Below, piece after piece: positions 1 to 13,575 of a DNA stretch of 64,000 nt; position 1 is the first letter of the stretch, and every line of letters starts with the position of its first letter. Origin of the DNA: the human T2T-CHM13v2.0 reference genome, Homo sapiens. Below the pieces are notes generated by a model. The model made no database searches. It saw only the letters and a program-made list of their open reading frames with translations, and was not told the origin of the DNA. The position numbers and the translations under genes are program-made. The stretch lies in assembly GCF_009914755.1 (NCBI RefSeq), contig NC_060934.1; one strand, 5' to 3'.

Positions 1-120
1 CAGAAACTGCTTTATCATCTGTGCGTTCAGTTCACAGAGTTTCACCTTTCTCTTCATAGAGCAGTTTGGAAAGACTCTGTCTGTAAAGTCTGCAAGTGAT
101 TAGTTAGACCCCTTTGAGGC

Positions 121-137
121 CTTCGTTGGAAGCGGGA
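121..137 (+). other. CENP-B box in M1 (representative; recurs in each HOR)
   Basis: CTTCGTTGGAAGCGGGA matches YTTCGTTGGAARCGGGA with all nine essential bases. Confidence 0.95.
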
Positions 138-459
138 TTTCTCATTTACTGCTAGACAGAAGAATTCTCAGTAAATCCTTTGTGTTGTGTGTATTCAACT
201 CACAGAGTGGAACCTTCCTTTATTCAGAGCAGTTTTGAAACACTCTTTTTGTGGAATTTGCAAGTGGAGATTTCAAGCGATTTGACGCCAATCTTAGACA
301 TGGAAATATCTTCATATTAAAAGTACACAGAGTCATTCGTAGAAACTAGTTTGTGATGTGTGTCTTCAACTCACAGAGTTTAACCTTTCTTTTCATAGAG
401 CAGTTGGGAAACACTCTATTTGTAAAGTCTGCAAGTGGATATTTGGACCTCTTTGAGGC

Positions 460-476
460 CTTCGTTGGAAACAGGA
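460..476 (+). other. CENP-B box in M3, disrupted in this copy
   Basis: CTTCGTTGGAAACAGGA: CGGG changed to CAGG; intact in most other M3 copies. Confidence 0.85.
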
Positions 477-797
477 TTTCTTCATACAACGCTAGACAGA
501 AGAATTCTCAGTAACTTCTTTGTGTTGAGTGTATTCAACTCACAGAGTTGAACCTTTCTTTAGAGGGAGCAGAGGTGAAACACTCTTTTTGTGGAATTTG
601 CTAGTGTAGATTTCAAACGCTTCGAAGACAGTGATAGAAAAGGGTATATCTTCGTATTAAAAGTAGACAAAATCATTCTCAGAAAACTCTTTGTGATGTG
701 TGTGTTCAACTCACAGAGTTTAACCTTTCTTTAATCGAGCAGTTTGGAAATACACTCTTTGTAAGTCTGCAGGTGGATATTTGGCCCTCTTTGAGCC

Positions 798-814
798 CTT
801 CGTTGGAAACGGGA
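798..814 (+). other. CENP-B box in M5 (intact here, often disrupted elsewhere)
   Basis: CTTCGTTGGAAACGGGA exact match. Confidence 0.93.
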
Positions 815-1137
815 TTTCCTCATATAATGCTAGACTGAAGAATTCTCAGTAACTTCTTTGTGTTGTTTGTATTCAACACACAGATTTGAACCTTCCTTTA
901 GAGAGAGCAGATTTGAAACACTCTGTTTTTGGAATTTGCAAGTGCAGATTTCAAGCGCTTCTAGGCCTATGGCAGAAAAGGAAATATCTTCGTATAAAAA
1001 CTACACAGAATCATTCTCAACAACTACTTTGTGATGTGTGCGTTCAACTCACAGAGGTTAACCTTTCTTTTCATAGAGCAGTTTGGAAACACTCTGTTTG
1101 TAAAGCCTGCAAGTGCTTTTTTGGACTTCATTGAGGC

Positions 1138-1154
1138 CTTCGTTGGAAACGGGA
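1138..1154 (+). other. CENP-B box in M7 (representative)
   Basis: CTTCGTTGGAAACGGGA exact match. Confidence 0.93.
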
Positions 1155-4100
1155 TTTCTTCATACAACGCTAGACAGAAGAATTCTCAGTAACTTCTTTG
1201 TGTTGTGTGTATTCAACTCACAGAGTTGAACCATTCTTTAGAGAGAACAGAGTTGAAACACTCTGTTTTTGGAATTTGCAAGTGCAGATTTCAAGCGATT
1301 CTAGGCCTATGGCAGAAAAGGAAATATCTTCGTATAAAAACTACACAGAATCATTCTCAACAACTACTTTGTGATGTGTGCGTTCAACTCACAGAGGTTA
1401 ACCTTTCTTTTCATAGAGCAGTTTGGAAACACTCTGTTTGTAAAGCCTGCAAGTGCTTTTTTTGACTTCATTGAGGCCTTCGTTGGAAACGGGATTTCTT
1501 CATACAACGCTAGACAGAAGAATTCTCAGTAACTTCTTTGTGTTGTGTGTATTCAACTCACAGAGTTGAACCTTTCTTTAGAGAGAACAGAGTTGAAACA
1601 CTCTGTTTTTGGAATTTGCAAGTGCAGATTTCAAGCGATTCTAGGCCTATGGCAGAAAAGGAAATATCTTCGTATAAAAACTACACAGAATCATTCTCAA
1701 CAACTACTTTGTGATGTGTGCGTTCAACTCACAGAGTTTAACCTTTCTTTTCATAGAGCAGTTTGGAAACACTCTGTTTGTAAAGCCTGCAAGTGCTTTT
1801 TTGGACTTCATTGAGGCCTTCGTTGGAAACGGGATTTCTTCATATAATGCTAGACAGAAGAATTCTCAGTCACTTCTTTGTGTTGTGTGTATTCAAGTCA
1901 CAGAGTTGAACCTTCCCTTAGATAGAGCAGTTTTGAAAAATTCTTTCTGTGTAATTTGCAAGTGGAGATTTCAAGCGATTTGAGGCTAATCTTTGAAATG
2001 GAAATATCTTCGTGTAAAAACTACACAGAATCATTCTCAGAAACTGCTTTGTCATCTGTGCGTTCAGTTCACAGAGTTTCACCTTTCTCTTCATAGAGCA
2101 GTTTGGAAAGACTCTGTCTGTAAATTCTGCAAGTGATTAGTTAGACCCCTTTGAGGACTTCGTTGGAAGCGGGATTTCTCATTTACTGCTAGACAGAAGA
2201 ATTCTCAGTAAATCCTTTGTGTTGTGTGTATTCAACTCACAGAGTGGAACCTTCCTTTATTCAGAGCAGTTTTGAAACACTCTTTTTGTGGAATTTGCAA
2301 GTGGAGATTTCAAGCGATTTGACGCCAATCTTAGACATGGAAATATCTTCATATTAAAAGTACACAGAATCATTCGTAGAAACTAGTTTGTGATGTGTGC
2401 CTTCAACTCACAGAGTTTAACCTTTCTTTTCATAGAGCAGTTCGGAAACATTCTATTTGTAAAGTCTGCAAGTGGATATTTGGACCTCTTTGAGGCCTTC
2501 GTTGGAAAAGGGATTTCTTCATATAACGCTAGACAGAAGAATTCTCAGTAACTTCTTTGTGTTGTGTGTATTCAACTCACAGAGTTGAACCTTTCTTTAG
2601 AGAGAGCAGAGTTGAAACACTCTTTTTGTGGAATTTGCTAGTGCAGATTTCAAACGCTTCGAAGACAGTGATAGAAAAGGATATATCTTCGTATTAAAAC
2701 TAGACAAAATCATTCTCAGAAAACACTTTGTGATGTGTGTGTTCAACTCACAGAGTTTAACCTTTCTTTAATCGAGCAGTTTGGAAATACACTCTTTGTA
2801 AGTCTGCAGGTGGATAATTGGCCCTCTTTGAGCCCTTCATTGGAAACGGGATTTCCTCATATAATGCTAGACAGAAGAATTCTCAGTAACTTCTGTGTGT
2901 TGTTTGTATTCAACTCACAGATTTGAACCTTCCTTTAGAGAGAGCAGATTTGAAACACTCTGTTTTTGGAATTTGCAAGTGCAGATTTCAAGCGCTTCTA
3001 GGCCTATGGCAGAAAAGGAAATATCTTCGTATAAAAACTACACAGAATCATTCTCAACAACTACTTTGTGATGTGTGCGTTAAACTCACAGAGTTTAACC
3101 TTTCTTTTCATAGAGCAGTTTGGAAACACTCTGTTTGTAAAGCCTGCAAGTGCTTTTTTGGACTTCATTGAGGCCTTCGTTGGAAACGGGATTTCTTCAT
3201 ATAATGCTAGACAGAAGAATTCTCAGTCACTTCTTTGTGTTGTGTGTATTCAAGTCACAGAGTTGAACCTTCCTTTAGACAGAGCAGTTTTGAAAAATTC
3301 TTTCTGTGGAATTTGCAAGTGGAGATTTCAAGCGATTTGAGGCTAATCTTTGAAATGGAAATATCTTCGTGTAAAAACTACACAGAATCATTCTCAGAAA
3401 CTGCTTTGTCATCTGTGCGTTCAGTTCACAGAGTTTCACCTTTCTCTTCATAGAGCAGTTTGGAAAGACTCTGTCTGTAAAGTCTGCAAGTGATTAGTTA
3501 GAACCCTTTGAGGCCTTCGTTGGAAGTGGGATTTCTCATTTACTGCTAGACAGAAGAATTCTCAGTAAATCCTTTGTGTTGTGTGTATTCAACTCACAGA
3601 GTGGAACCTTCCTTTATTCAGAGCAGTTTTGAAACACTCTTTTTGTGGAATTTGCAAGTGGATATTTCAAGCGATTTGACGCCAATCTTAGACATGGAAA
3701 TATCTTCATATTAAAAGTACACAGAGTCATTCGTAGAAACTAGTTTGTGATGTGTGCCTTCAACTCACAGAGTTTAACCTTTCTTTTCATAGAGCAGTTG
3801 GGAAACACTCTATTTGTAAAGTCTGCAAGTGGATATTTGGACCTCTTTGAGGCCTTCGTTGGAAACGGGATTTCTTCATATAACGCTAGACAGAAGAATT
3901 CTCAGTAACTTCTTTGTGTTGAGTGTATTCAACTCACAGAGTTGAACCTTTCTTTAGAGGGAGCAGAGGTGAAACACTCTTTTTGTGGAATTTGCTAGTG
4001 TAGATTTCAAACGCTTCGAAGACAGTGATAGAAAAGGATATGTCTTCGTATTAAAAGTAGACAAAATCATTGTCAGAAAACTCTTTGTGATGTGTGTGTT

Positions 4101-6448
4101 CAACTCACAGAGTTTAACCTTTCTTTAATCGAGCAGTTTGGAAATACACTCTTTGTAAGTCTGCAGGTGGATATTTGGCCCTCTTTGAGCCCTTCTTTGG
4201 AAACGGGATTTCCTCTTATAATGCTAGACAGAAGAATTCTCAGTAACTTCTCTGTGTTGTTTGTATTCAACACACAGATTTGAACCTTCCTTTAGAGAGA
4301 GCAGATTTGAAACACTCTGTTTTTGGAATTTGCAAGTGCAGATTTCAAGCGCTTCTAGGCCTATGGCAGAAAAGGAAATATCTTCGTATAAAAACTACAC
4401 AGAATCATTCTCAACAACTACTTTGTGATGTGTGCGTTCAACTCACAGAGTTTAACCTTTCTTTTCATAGAGCAGTTTGGAAACACTCTGTTTGTAAAGC
4501 CTGCAAGTGCTTTTTTGGACTTCATTGAGGCCTTCGTTGGAAACGGGATTTCTTCATACAACGCTAGACAGAAGAATTCTCAGTCACTTCTTTGTGTTGT
4601 GTGTATTCAACTCACAGAGTTGAACCTTTCTTTAGAGAGAGCAGAGTTGAAACACTCTGTTTTTGGAATTTGCAAGTGCAGATTTCAAGCGATTCTAGGC
4701 CTATGGCAGAAAAGGAAATATCTTCGTATAAAAACTACACAGAATCATTCTCAACAACTACTTTGTGATGTGTGCCTTCAACTCACAGAGTTTAACCTTT
4801 CTTTTCATAGAGCAGTTTGGAAACACTCTGTTTGTAAAGCCTGCAAGTGCTTTTTTGGACTTCATTGAGGCCTTCGTTGGAAACGGGATTTCTTCATATA
4901 ATGCTAGACAGAAGAATTCTCAGTCACTTCTTTGTGTTGTGTGTATTCAAGTCACAGAGTTGAACCTTCCTTTAGACAGAGCAGTTTTGAAAAATTCTTT
5001 CTGTGGAGTTTGCAAGTGGAGATTTCAAGCGATTTGAGGCTAATCTTTGAAATGGAAATATCTTCGTGTAAAAACTACACAGAATCATTCTCAGAAACTG
5101 CTTTGTCATCTGTGCGTTCAGTTCACAGAGTTTCACCTTTCTCTTCATAGAGCAGTTTGGAAAGACTCTGTCTGTAAAGTCTGCAAGTGATTAGTTAGAC
5201 CCCTTTGAGGCCTTCGTTGGAAGCGGGATTTCTCATTTACTGCTAGACAGAAGAATTCTCAGTAAATCCTTTGTGTTGTGTGTATTCAACTCACAGAGTG
5301 GAACCTTCCTTTATTCAGAGCAGTTTTGAAAAACACTTTTTGTGGAATTTGCAAGTGGAGATTTCAAGCGATTTGACGCCAATCTTAGACATGGAAATAT
5401 CTTCATATTAAAAGTACACAGAGTCATTCGTAGAAACTAGTTTGTGATGTGTGCCTTCAACTCACAGAGTTTAACCTTTCTTTTCATAGAGCAGTTTGGA
5501 AACACTCTATTTGTAAAGTCTGCAAGTGGATATTTGGACCTCTTTGAGGCCTTCGTTGGAAACGGGATTTCTTCATATAATGCTAGACAGAAGAATTCTC
5601 AGTAACTTCTTTGTGTTGTGTGTATTCAACTCACAGAGTTGAACCTTTCTTTAGAGGGAGCAGAGGTGAAACACTCTTTTTGTGGAATTTGCTAGTGTAG
5701 ATTTCAAACGCTTCGAAGACAGTGATAGAAAAGGATATATCTTCGTATTAAAAGTAGACAAAATCATTCTCAGAAAACTCTTTGTGATGTGTGTGTTCAA
5801 CTCACAGAGTTTAACCTTTCTTTAATCGAGCAGTTTGGAAATACACTCTTTGTAAGTCTGCAGGTGGATATTTGGCCCTCTTTGAGCCCTTTGTTGGAAA
5901 CGGGATTTCCTCATATAATGCTAGACAGAAGAATTCTCAGTAACTTCTTTGTGTTGTTTGTATTCAACACACAGATTTGAACCTTCCTTTAGAGAGAGCA
6001 GATTTGAAACACTCTGTTTTTGGAATTTGCAAGTGCAGATTTCAAGCGCTTCTAGGCCTATGGCAGAAAAGGAAATATCTTCGTATAAAAACTACACAGA
6101 ATCATTCTCAACAACTACTTTGTGATGTGTGCGTTCAACTCACAGAGGTTAACCTTTCTTTTCATAGAGCAGTTTGGAAACACTCTGTTTGTAAAGCCTG
6201 CAAGTGCTTTTTTGGACTTCATTGAGGCCTTCGTTGGAAACGGGATTTCTTCATATAATGCTAGACAGAAGAATTCTCAGTCACTTCTTTGTGTTGTGTG
6301 TATTCAAGTCACAGAGTTGAACCTTCCTTTAGACAGAGCAGTTTTGAAAAATTCTTTCTGTGGAGTTTGCAAGTGGAGATTTCAAGCGATTTGAGGCTAA
6401 TCTTTGAAATGGAAATATCTTCGTGGAAAAACTACACAGAATCATTCT

Positions 6449-8145
6449 CAGAAACTGCTTTGTCATCTGTGCGTTCAGTTCACAGAGTTTCACCTTTCTC
6501 TTCATAGAGCAGTTTGGAAAGACTCTGTCTGTAAAGTCTGCAAGTGATTAGTTAGACCCCTTTGAGGCCTTCGTTGGAAGCGGGATTTCTCATTTACTGC
6601 TAGACAGAAGAATTCTCAGTAAATCCTTTGTGTTGTGTGTATTCAACTCACAGAGTGGAACCTTCCTTTATTCAGAGCAGTTTTGAAACACTCTTTTTGT
6701 GGAATTTGCAAGTGGAGATTTCAAGCGATTTGACGCCAATCTTAGACATGGAAATATCTTCATATTAAAAGTACACAGAGTCATTCGTAGAAACTAGTTT
6801 GTGATGTGTGCCTTCAACTCACAGAGTTTAACCTTTCTTTTCATAGAGCAGTTGGGAAACACTCTATTTGTAAAGTCTGCAAGTGGATATTTGGACCTCT
6901 TTGAGGCCTTCGTTGGAAACGGGATTTCTTCATATAACGCTAGACAGAAGAATTCTCAGTAACTTCTTAGTGTTGTGTGTATTCAACTCACAGAGTTGAA
7001 CCTTTCTTTAGAGGGAGCAGAGGTGAAACACTCTTTTTGTGGAATTTGCTAGTGTAGATTTCAAACGCTTCGAAGACAGTGATAGAAAAGGATATATCTT
7101 CGTATTAAAAGTAGACAAAATCATTCTCAGAAAACTCTTTGTGATGTGTGTGTTCAACTCACAGAGTTTAACCTTTCTTTAATCGAGCAGTTTGGAAATA
7201 CACTCTTTGTAAGTCTGCAGGTGGATATTTGGCCCTCTTTGAGCCCTTCATTGGAAACGGGATTTCCTCATATAATGCTAGACAGAAGAATTCTCAGTAA
7301 CTTCTTTGTGTTGTTTGTATTCAACACACAGATTTGAACCTTCCTTTAGAGAGAGCAGATTTGAAACACTCTGTTTTTGGAATTTGCAAGTGCAGATTTC
7401 AAGCGCTTCTAGGCCTATGGCAGAAAAGGAAATATCTTCGTATAAAAACTACACAGAATCATTCTCAACAACTACTTTGTGATGTGTGCGTTCAACTCAC
7501 AGAGGTTAACCTTTCTTTTCATAGAGCAGTTTGGAAACACTCTGTTTGTAAAGCCTGCAAGTGCTTTTTTGGACTTCATTGAGGCCTTCGTTGGAAACGG
7601 GATTTCTTCATACAACGCTAGACAGAAGAATTCTCAGTAACTTCTTTGTGTTGTGTGTATTCAACTCACAGAGTTGAACCTTTCTTTAGAGAGAACAGAG
7701 TTGAAACACTCTGTTTTTGGAATTTGCAAGTGCAGATTTCAAGCGATTCTAGGCCTATGGCAGAAAAGGAAATATCTTCGTATAAAAACTACACAGAATC
7801 ATTCTCAACAACTACTTTGTGATGTGTGCGTTCAACTCACAGAGTTTAACCTTTCTTTTCATAGAGCAGTTTGGAAACACTCTGTTTGTAAAGCCTGCAA
7901 GTGCTTTTTTGGACTTCATTGAGGCCTTCGTTGGAAACGGGATTTCTTCATATAATGCTAGACAGAAGAATTCTCAGTCACTTCTTTGTGTTGTGTGTAT
8001 TCAAGTCACAGAGTTGAACCTTCCTTTAGACAGAGCAGTTTTGAAAAATTCTTTCTGTGGAATTTGCAAGTGGAGATTTCAAGCGATTTGAGGCTAATCT
8101 TTGAAATGGAAATATCTTCGTGTAAAAACTACACAGAATCATTCT
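6449..8145 (+). repeat. Representative 10-mer HOR variant (1697 bp; M1-M7, X, M7, M8)
   Basis: Anchor spacing is 1697 = 1357 + 340, with an extra X-M7 dimer. Others start at 3395, 8146, 16970, 19686, 21383, 23080, 27491, 30545, 42428, 47519, 50573, 52270 and 57700 (1696 bp). Confidence 0.93.
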
Positions 8146-11100
8146 CAGAAACTGCTTTGTCATCTGTGCGTTCAGTTCACAGAGTTTCACCTTTCTCTTC
8201 ATAGAGCAGTTTGGAAAGACTCTGTCTGTAAAGTCTGCAAGTGATTAGTTAGACCCCTTTGAGGCCTTCTTTGGAAGCGGGATTTCTCATTTACTGCTAG
8301 ACAGAAGAATTCTCAGTAAATCCTTTGTGTTGTGTGTATTCAACTCACAGAGTGGAACCTTCCTTTATTCAGAGCAGTTTTGAAAAACACTTTTTGTGGA
8401 ATTTGCAAGTGGAGATTTCAGGCGATTTGACGCCAATCTTAGACATGGAAATATCTTCATATTAAAAGTACACAGAGTCATTCGTAGAAACTAGTTTGTG
8501 ATGTGTGCCTTCAACTCACAGAGTTTAACCTTTCTTTTCATAGAGCAGTTCGGAAACACTCTATTTGTAAAGTCTGCAAGTGGATATTTGGACCTCTTTG
8601 AGGCCTTCGTTGGAAACGGGATTTCTTCATATAACGCTAGACAGAAGAATTCTCAGTAACTTCTTTGTGTTGTGTGTATTCAACTCACAGAGTTGAACCT
8701 TTCTTTAGAGGGAGCAGAGGTGAAACAGTCTTTTTGTGGAATTTGCTAGTGTAGTTTTCAAACGCTTCGAAGTCAGTGATAGAAAAGGATATATCTTCGT
8801 ATTAAAAGTAGACAAAATCATTCTCAGAAAACTCTTTGTGATGTGTGTGTTCAACTCACAGAGTTTAACCTTTCTTTAATCGAGCAGTTTGGAAATACAC
8901 TCTTTGTAAGTCTGCAGGTGGATATTTGGCCCTGTTTGAGCCCTTCTTTGGAAACGGGATTTCCTCTTATAATGCTAGACAGAAGAATTCTCAGTAACTT
9001 CTCTGTGTTGTTTGTATTCAACACACAGATTTGAACCTTCCTTTAGAGAGAGCAGATTTGAAACACTCTGTTTTTGGAATTTGCAAGTGCAGATTTCAAG
9101 CGCTTCTAGGCCTATGGCAGAAAAGGAAATATCTTCGTATAAAAACTACACAGAATCATTCTCAACAACTACTTTGTGATGTGTGCGTTCAACTCACAGA
9201 GTTTAACCTTTCTTTTCATAGAGCAGTTTGGAAACACTCTGTTTGTAAAGCCTGCAAGTGCTTTTTTGGACTTCATTGAGGCCTTCGTTGGAAACGGGAT
9301 TTCTTCATACAACGCTAGACAGAAGAATTCTCAGTAACTTCTTTGTGTTGTGTGTATTCAACTCACAGAGTTGAACCTTTCTTTAGAGAGAGCAGAGTTG
9401 AAACACTCTGTTTTTGGAATTTGCAAGTGCAGATTTCAAGCGATTCTAGGCCTATGGCAGAAAAGGAAATATCTTCGTATAAAAACTACACAGAATCATT
9501 CTCAACAACTACTTTGTGATGTGTGCGTTCAACTCACAGAGTTTAACCTTTCTTTTCATAGAGCAGTTTGGAAACACTCTGTTTGTAAAGCCTGCAAGTG
9601 CTTTTTTGGACTTCATTGAGGCCTTCGTTGGAAACGGGATTTCTTCATATAATGCTAGACAGAAGAATTCTCAGTCACTTCTTTGTGTTGTGTGTATTCA
9701 AGTCACAGAATTGAACCTTCCTTTAGACAGAGCAGTTTTGAAAAATTCTTTCTGTGTAATTTGCAAGTGGAGATTTCAAGCGATTTGAGGCTAATCTTTG
9801 AAATGGAAATATCTTCGTGTAAAAACTACACAGAATCATTCTCAGAAACTGCTTTGTCATCTGTGCGTTCAGTTCACAGAGTTTCACCTTTCTCTTCATA
9901 GAGCAGTTTGGAAAGACTCTGTCTGTAAAGTCTGCAAGTGATTAGTTAGAACCCTTTGAGGCCTTCGTTGGAAGCGGGATTTCTCATTTACTGCTAGACA
10001 GAAGAATTCTCAGTAAATCCTTTGTGTTGTGTGTATTCAACTCACAGAGTGGAACCTTCCTTTATTCAGAGCAGTTTTGAAACACTCTTTTTGTGGAATT
10101 TGCAAGTGGAGATTTCAAGCGATTTGACGCCAATCTTAGACATGGAAATATCTTCATATTAAAAGTACACAGAGTCATTCGTAGAAACTAGTTTGTGATG
10201 TGTGCCTTCAACTCACAGAGTTTAACCTTTCTTTTCATAGAGCAGTTGGGAAACACTCTATTTGTAAAGTCTGCAAGTGGATATTTGGACCTCTTTGAGG
10301 CCTTCGTTGGAAACGGGATTTCTTCATATAACGCTAGACAGAAGAATTCTCAGTAACTTCTTTGTGTTGTGTGTATTCAACTCACAGAGTTGAACCTTTC
10401 TTTAGAGGGAGCAGAGGTGAAACACTCTTTTTGTGGAATTTGCTAGTGTAGATTTCAAACGCTTCGAAGACAGTGATAGAAAAGGATATATCTTCGTATT
10501 AAAAGTAGACAAAATCATTCTCAGAAAACTCTTTGTGATGTGTGTGTTCAACTCACAGAGTTTAACCTTTCTTTAATCGAGCAGTTTGGAAATACACTCT
10601 TTGTAAGTCTGCAGGTGGATATTTGGCCCTCTTTGAGCCCTTCGTTGGAAACGGGATTTCCTCATATAATGCTAGACAGAAGAATTCTCAGTAACTTCTT
10701 TGTGTTGTTTGTATTCAACACACAGATTTGAACCTTCCTTTAGAGAGAGCAGATTTGAAACACTCTGTTTTTGGAATTTGCAAGTGCAGATTTCAAGCGA
10801 TTCTAGGCCGATGGCAGAAAAGGAAATATCTTCGTATAAAAACTACACAGAATCATTCTCAACAACTACTTTGTGATGTGTGCGTTCAACTCACAGAGGT
10901 TAACCTTTCTTTTCATAGAGCAGTTTGGAAACACTCTGTTTGTAAAGCCTGCAAGTGCTTTTTTGGACTTCATTGAGGCCTTCGTTGGAAACGGGATTTC
11001 TTCATATAATGCTAGACAGAAGAATTCTCAGTCACTTCTTTGTGTTGTGTGTATTCAAGTCACAGAGTTGAACCTTCCTTTAGACAGAGCAGTTTTGAAA

Positions 11101-12556
11101 AATTCTTTCTGTGGAATTTGCAAGTGGAGATTTCAAGCGATTTGAGGCTAATCTTTGAAATGGAAATATCTTCGTGTAAAAACTACACAGAATCATTCTC
11201 AGAAACTGCTTTGTCATCTGTGCGTTCAGTTCACAGAGTTTCACCTTTCTCTTCATAGAGCAGTTTGGAAAGACTCTGTCTGTAAAGTCTGCAAGTGATT
11301 AGTTAGACCCCTTTGAGGCCTTCGTTGGAAGTGGGATTTCTCATTTACTGCTAGACAGAAGAATTCTCAGTAAATCCTTTGTGTTGTGTGTATTCAACTC
11401 ACAGAGTGGAACCTTCCTTTATTCAGAGCAGTTTTGAAAAACACTTTTTGTGGAATTTGCAAGTGGAGATTTCAAGCGATTTGACGCCAATCTTAGACAT
11501 GGAAATATCTTCATATTAAAAGTACACAGAGTCATTCGTAGAAACTAGTTTGTGATGTGTGCCTTCAACTCACAGAGTTTAACCTTTCTTTTCATAGAGC
11601 AGTTTGGAAACACTCTATTTGTAAAGTCTGCAAGTGGATATTTGGACCTCTTTGAGGCCTTCGTTGGAAACGGGATTTCTTCATACAACGCTAGACAGAA
11701 GAATTCTCAGTAACTTCTTTGTGTTGTGTGTATTCAACTCACAGAGTTGAACCTTTCTTTAGAGGGAGCAGAGGTGAAACACTCTTTTTGTGGAATTTGC
11801 TAGTGTAGATTTCAAACGCTTCGAAGACAGTGATAGAAAAGGATATATCTTCGTATTAAAAGTAGACAAAATCATTCTCAGAAAACTCTTTGTGATGTGT
11901 GTGTTCAACTCACAGAGTTTAACCTTTCTTTAATCGAGCAGTTTGGAAATACACTCTTTGTAAGTCTGCAGGTGGATATTTGGCCCTCTTTGAGCCCTTC
12001 GTTGGAAACGGGATTTCCTCATATAATGCTAGACAGAAGAATTCTCAGTAACTTCTTTGTGTTGTTTGTATTCAACACACAGATTTGAACCTTCCTTTAG
12101 AGAGAGCAGATTTGAAACACTCTGTTTTTGGAATTTGCAAGTGCAGATTTCAAGCGCTTCTAGGCCTATGGCAGAAAAGGAAATATCTTCGTATAAAAAC
12201 TACACAGAATCATTCTCAACAACTACTTTGTGATGTGTGCGTTCAACTCACAGAGGTTAACCTTTCTTTTCATAGAGCAGTTTGGAAACACTCTGTTTGT
12301 AAAGCCTGCAAGTGCTTTTTTGGACTTCATTGAGGCCTTCGTTGGAAACGGGATTTCTTCATATAATGCTAGACAGAAGAATTCTCAGTCACTTCTTTGT
12401 GTTGTGTGTATTCAAGTCACAGAGTTGAACCTTCCTTTAGACAGAGCAGTTTTGAAAAATTCTTTCTGTGGAGTTTGCAAGTGGAGATTTCAAGCGATTT
12501 GAGGCTAATCTTTGAAATGGAAATATCTTCGTGTAAAAACTACACAGAATCATTCT

Positions 12557-13575
12557 CAGAAACTGCTTTGTCATCTGTGCGTTCAGTTCACAGAGTTTCA
12601 CCTTTCTCTTCATAGAGCAGTTTGGAAAGACTCTGTCTGTAAAGTCTGCAAGTGATTAGTTAGACCCCTTTGAGGCCTTCGTTGGAAGCGGGATTTCTCA
12701 TTTACTGCTAGACAGAAGAATTCTCAGTAAATCCTTTGTGTTGTGTGTATTCAACTCACAGAGTGGAACCTTCCTTTATTCAGAGCAGTTTTGAAAAACA
12801 CTTTTTGTGGAATTTGCAAGTGGAGATTTCAAGCGATTTGACGCCAATCTTAGACATGGAAATATCTTCATATTAAAAGTACACAGAGTCATTCGTAGAA
12901 ACTAGTTTGTGATGTGTGCCTTCAACTCACAGAGTTTAACCTTTCTTTTCATAGAGCAGTTTGGAAACACTCTATTTGTAAAGTCTGCAAGTGGATATTT
13001 GGACCTCTTTGAGGCCTTCGTTGGAAACGGGATTTCTTCATACAACGCTAGACAGAAGAATTCTCAGTAACTTCTTTGTGTTGTGTGTATTCAACTCACA
13101 GAGTTGAACCTTTCTTTAGAGAGAGCAGAGTTGAAACACTCTGTTTTTGGAATTTGCAAGTGCAGATTTCAAGCGATTCTAGGCCTATGGCAGAAAAGGA
13201 AATATCTTCGTATAAAAACTACACAGAATCATTCTCAACAACTACTTTGTGATGTGTGCGTTCAACTCACAGAGTTTAACCTTTCTTTTCATAGAGCAGG
13301 TTGGAAACACTCTGTTTGTAAAGCCTGCAAGTGCTTTTTTGGACTTCATTGAGGCCTTCGTTGGAAACGGGATTTCTTCATATAATGCTAGACAGAAGAA
13401 TTCTCAGTCACTTCTTTGTGTTGTGTGTATTCAAGTCACAGAATTGAACCTTCCTTTAGACAGAGCAGTTTTGAAAAATTCTTTCTGTGGAATTTGCAAG
13501 TGGAGATTTCAAGCGATTTGAGGCTAATCTTTGAAATGGAAATATCTTCGTGTAAAAACTACACAGAATCATTCT
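12557..13575 (+). repeat. Representative 6-mer HOR variant (1019 bp; M1-M2-M3-X-M7-M8, X = M4/M6-like hybrid)
   Basis: Anchor spacing is 1019 bp. It lacks M5 and most of M4. X starts like M4 (gttgtgtgtattcaactc..gaacctttc) and ends like M6 (ctctgtttttgg..ctaggcctatgg) with private gcgattctagg. Others start at 14932, 15951, 18667, 33599, 34618, 35637, 38013, 39032, 41410 (1018 bp), 56681, 59396 and 62450. Confidence 0.93.

Larger units (their letters stand above)
1..2037 (+). repeat. 12-mer HOR variant (2037 bp; M1-M7, (X-M7)x2, M8)
   Basis: Three tandem M6/X-M7 dimers (caacaactac near 1018, 1358 and 1698); next anchor at 2038. Confidence 0.92.

Noticed and set aside
161-169. Short palindromes (AGAATTCT, TAGGCCTA, AAGCGCTT) as cruciform or non-B DNA signals
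   Set aside because: They are ordinary alphoid features and too short to support a claim without folding computation.
4425-4868. Longest ORF (147 aa; also at 48549)
   Set aside because: Created by a single taa>tca change in a hybrid monomer; useful only as a duplication marker.
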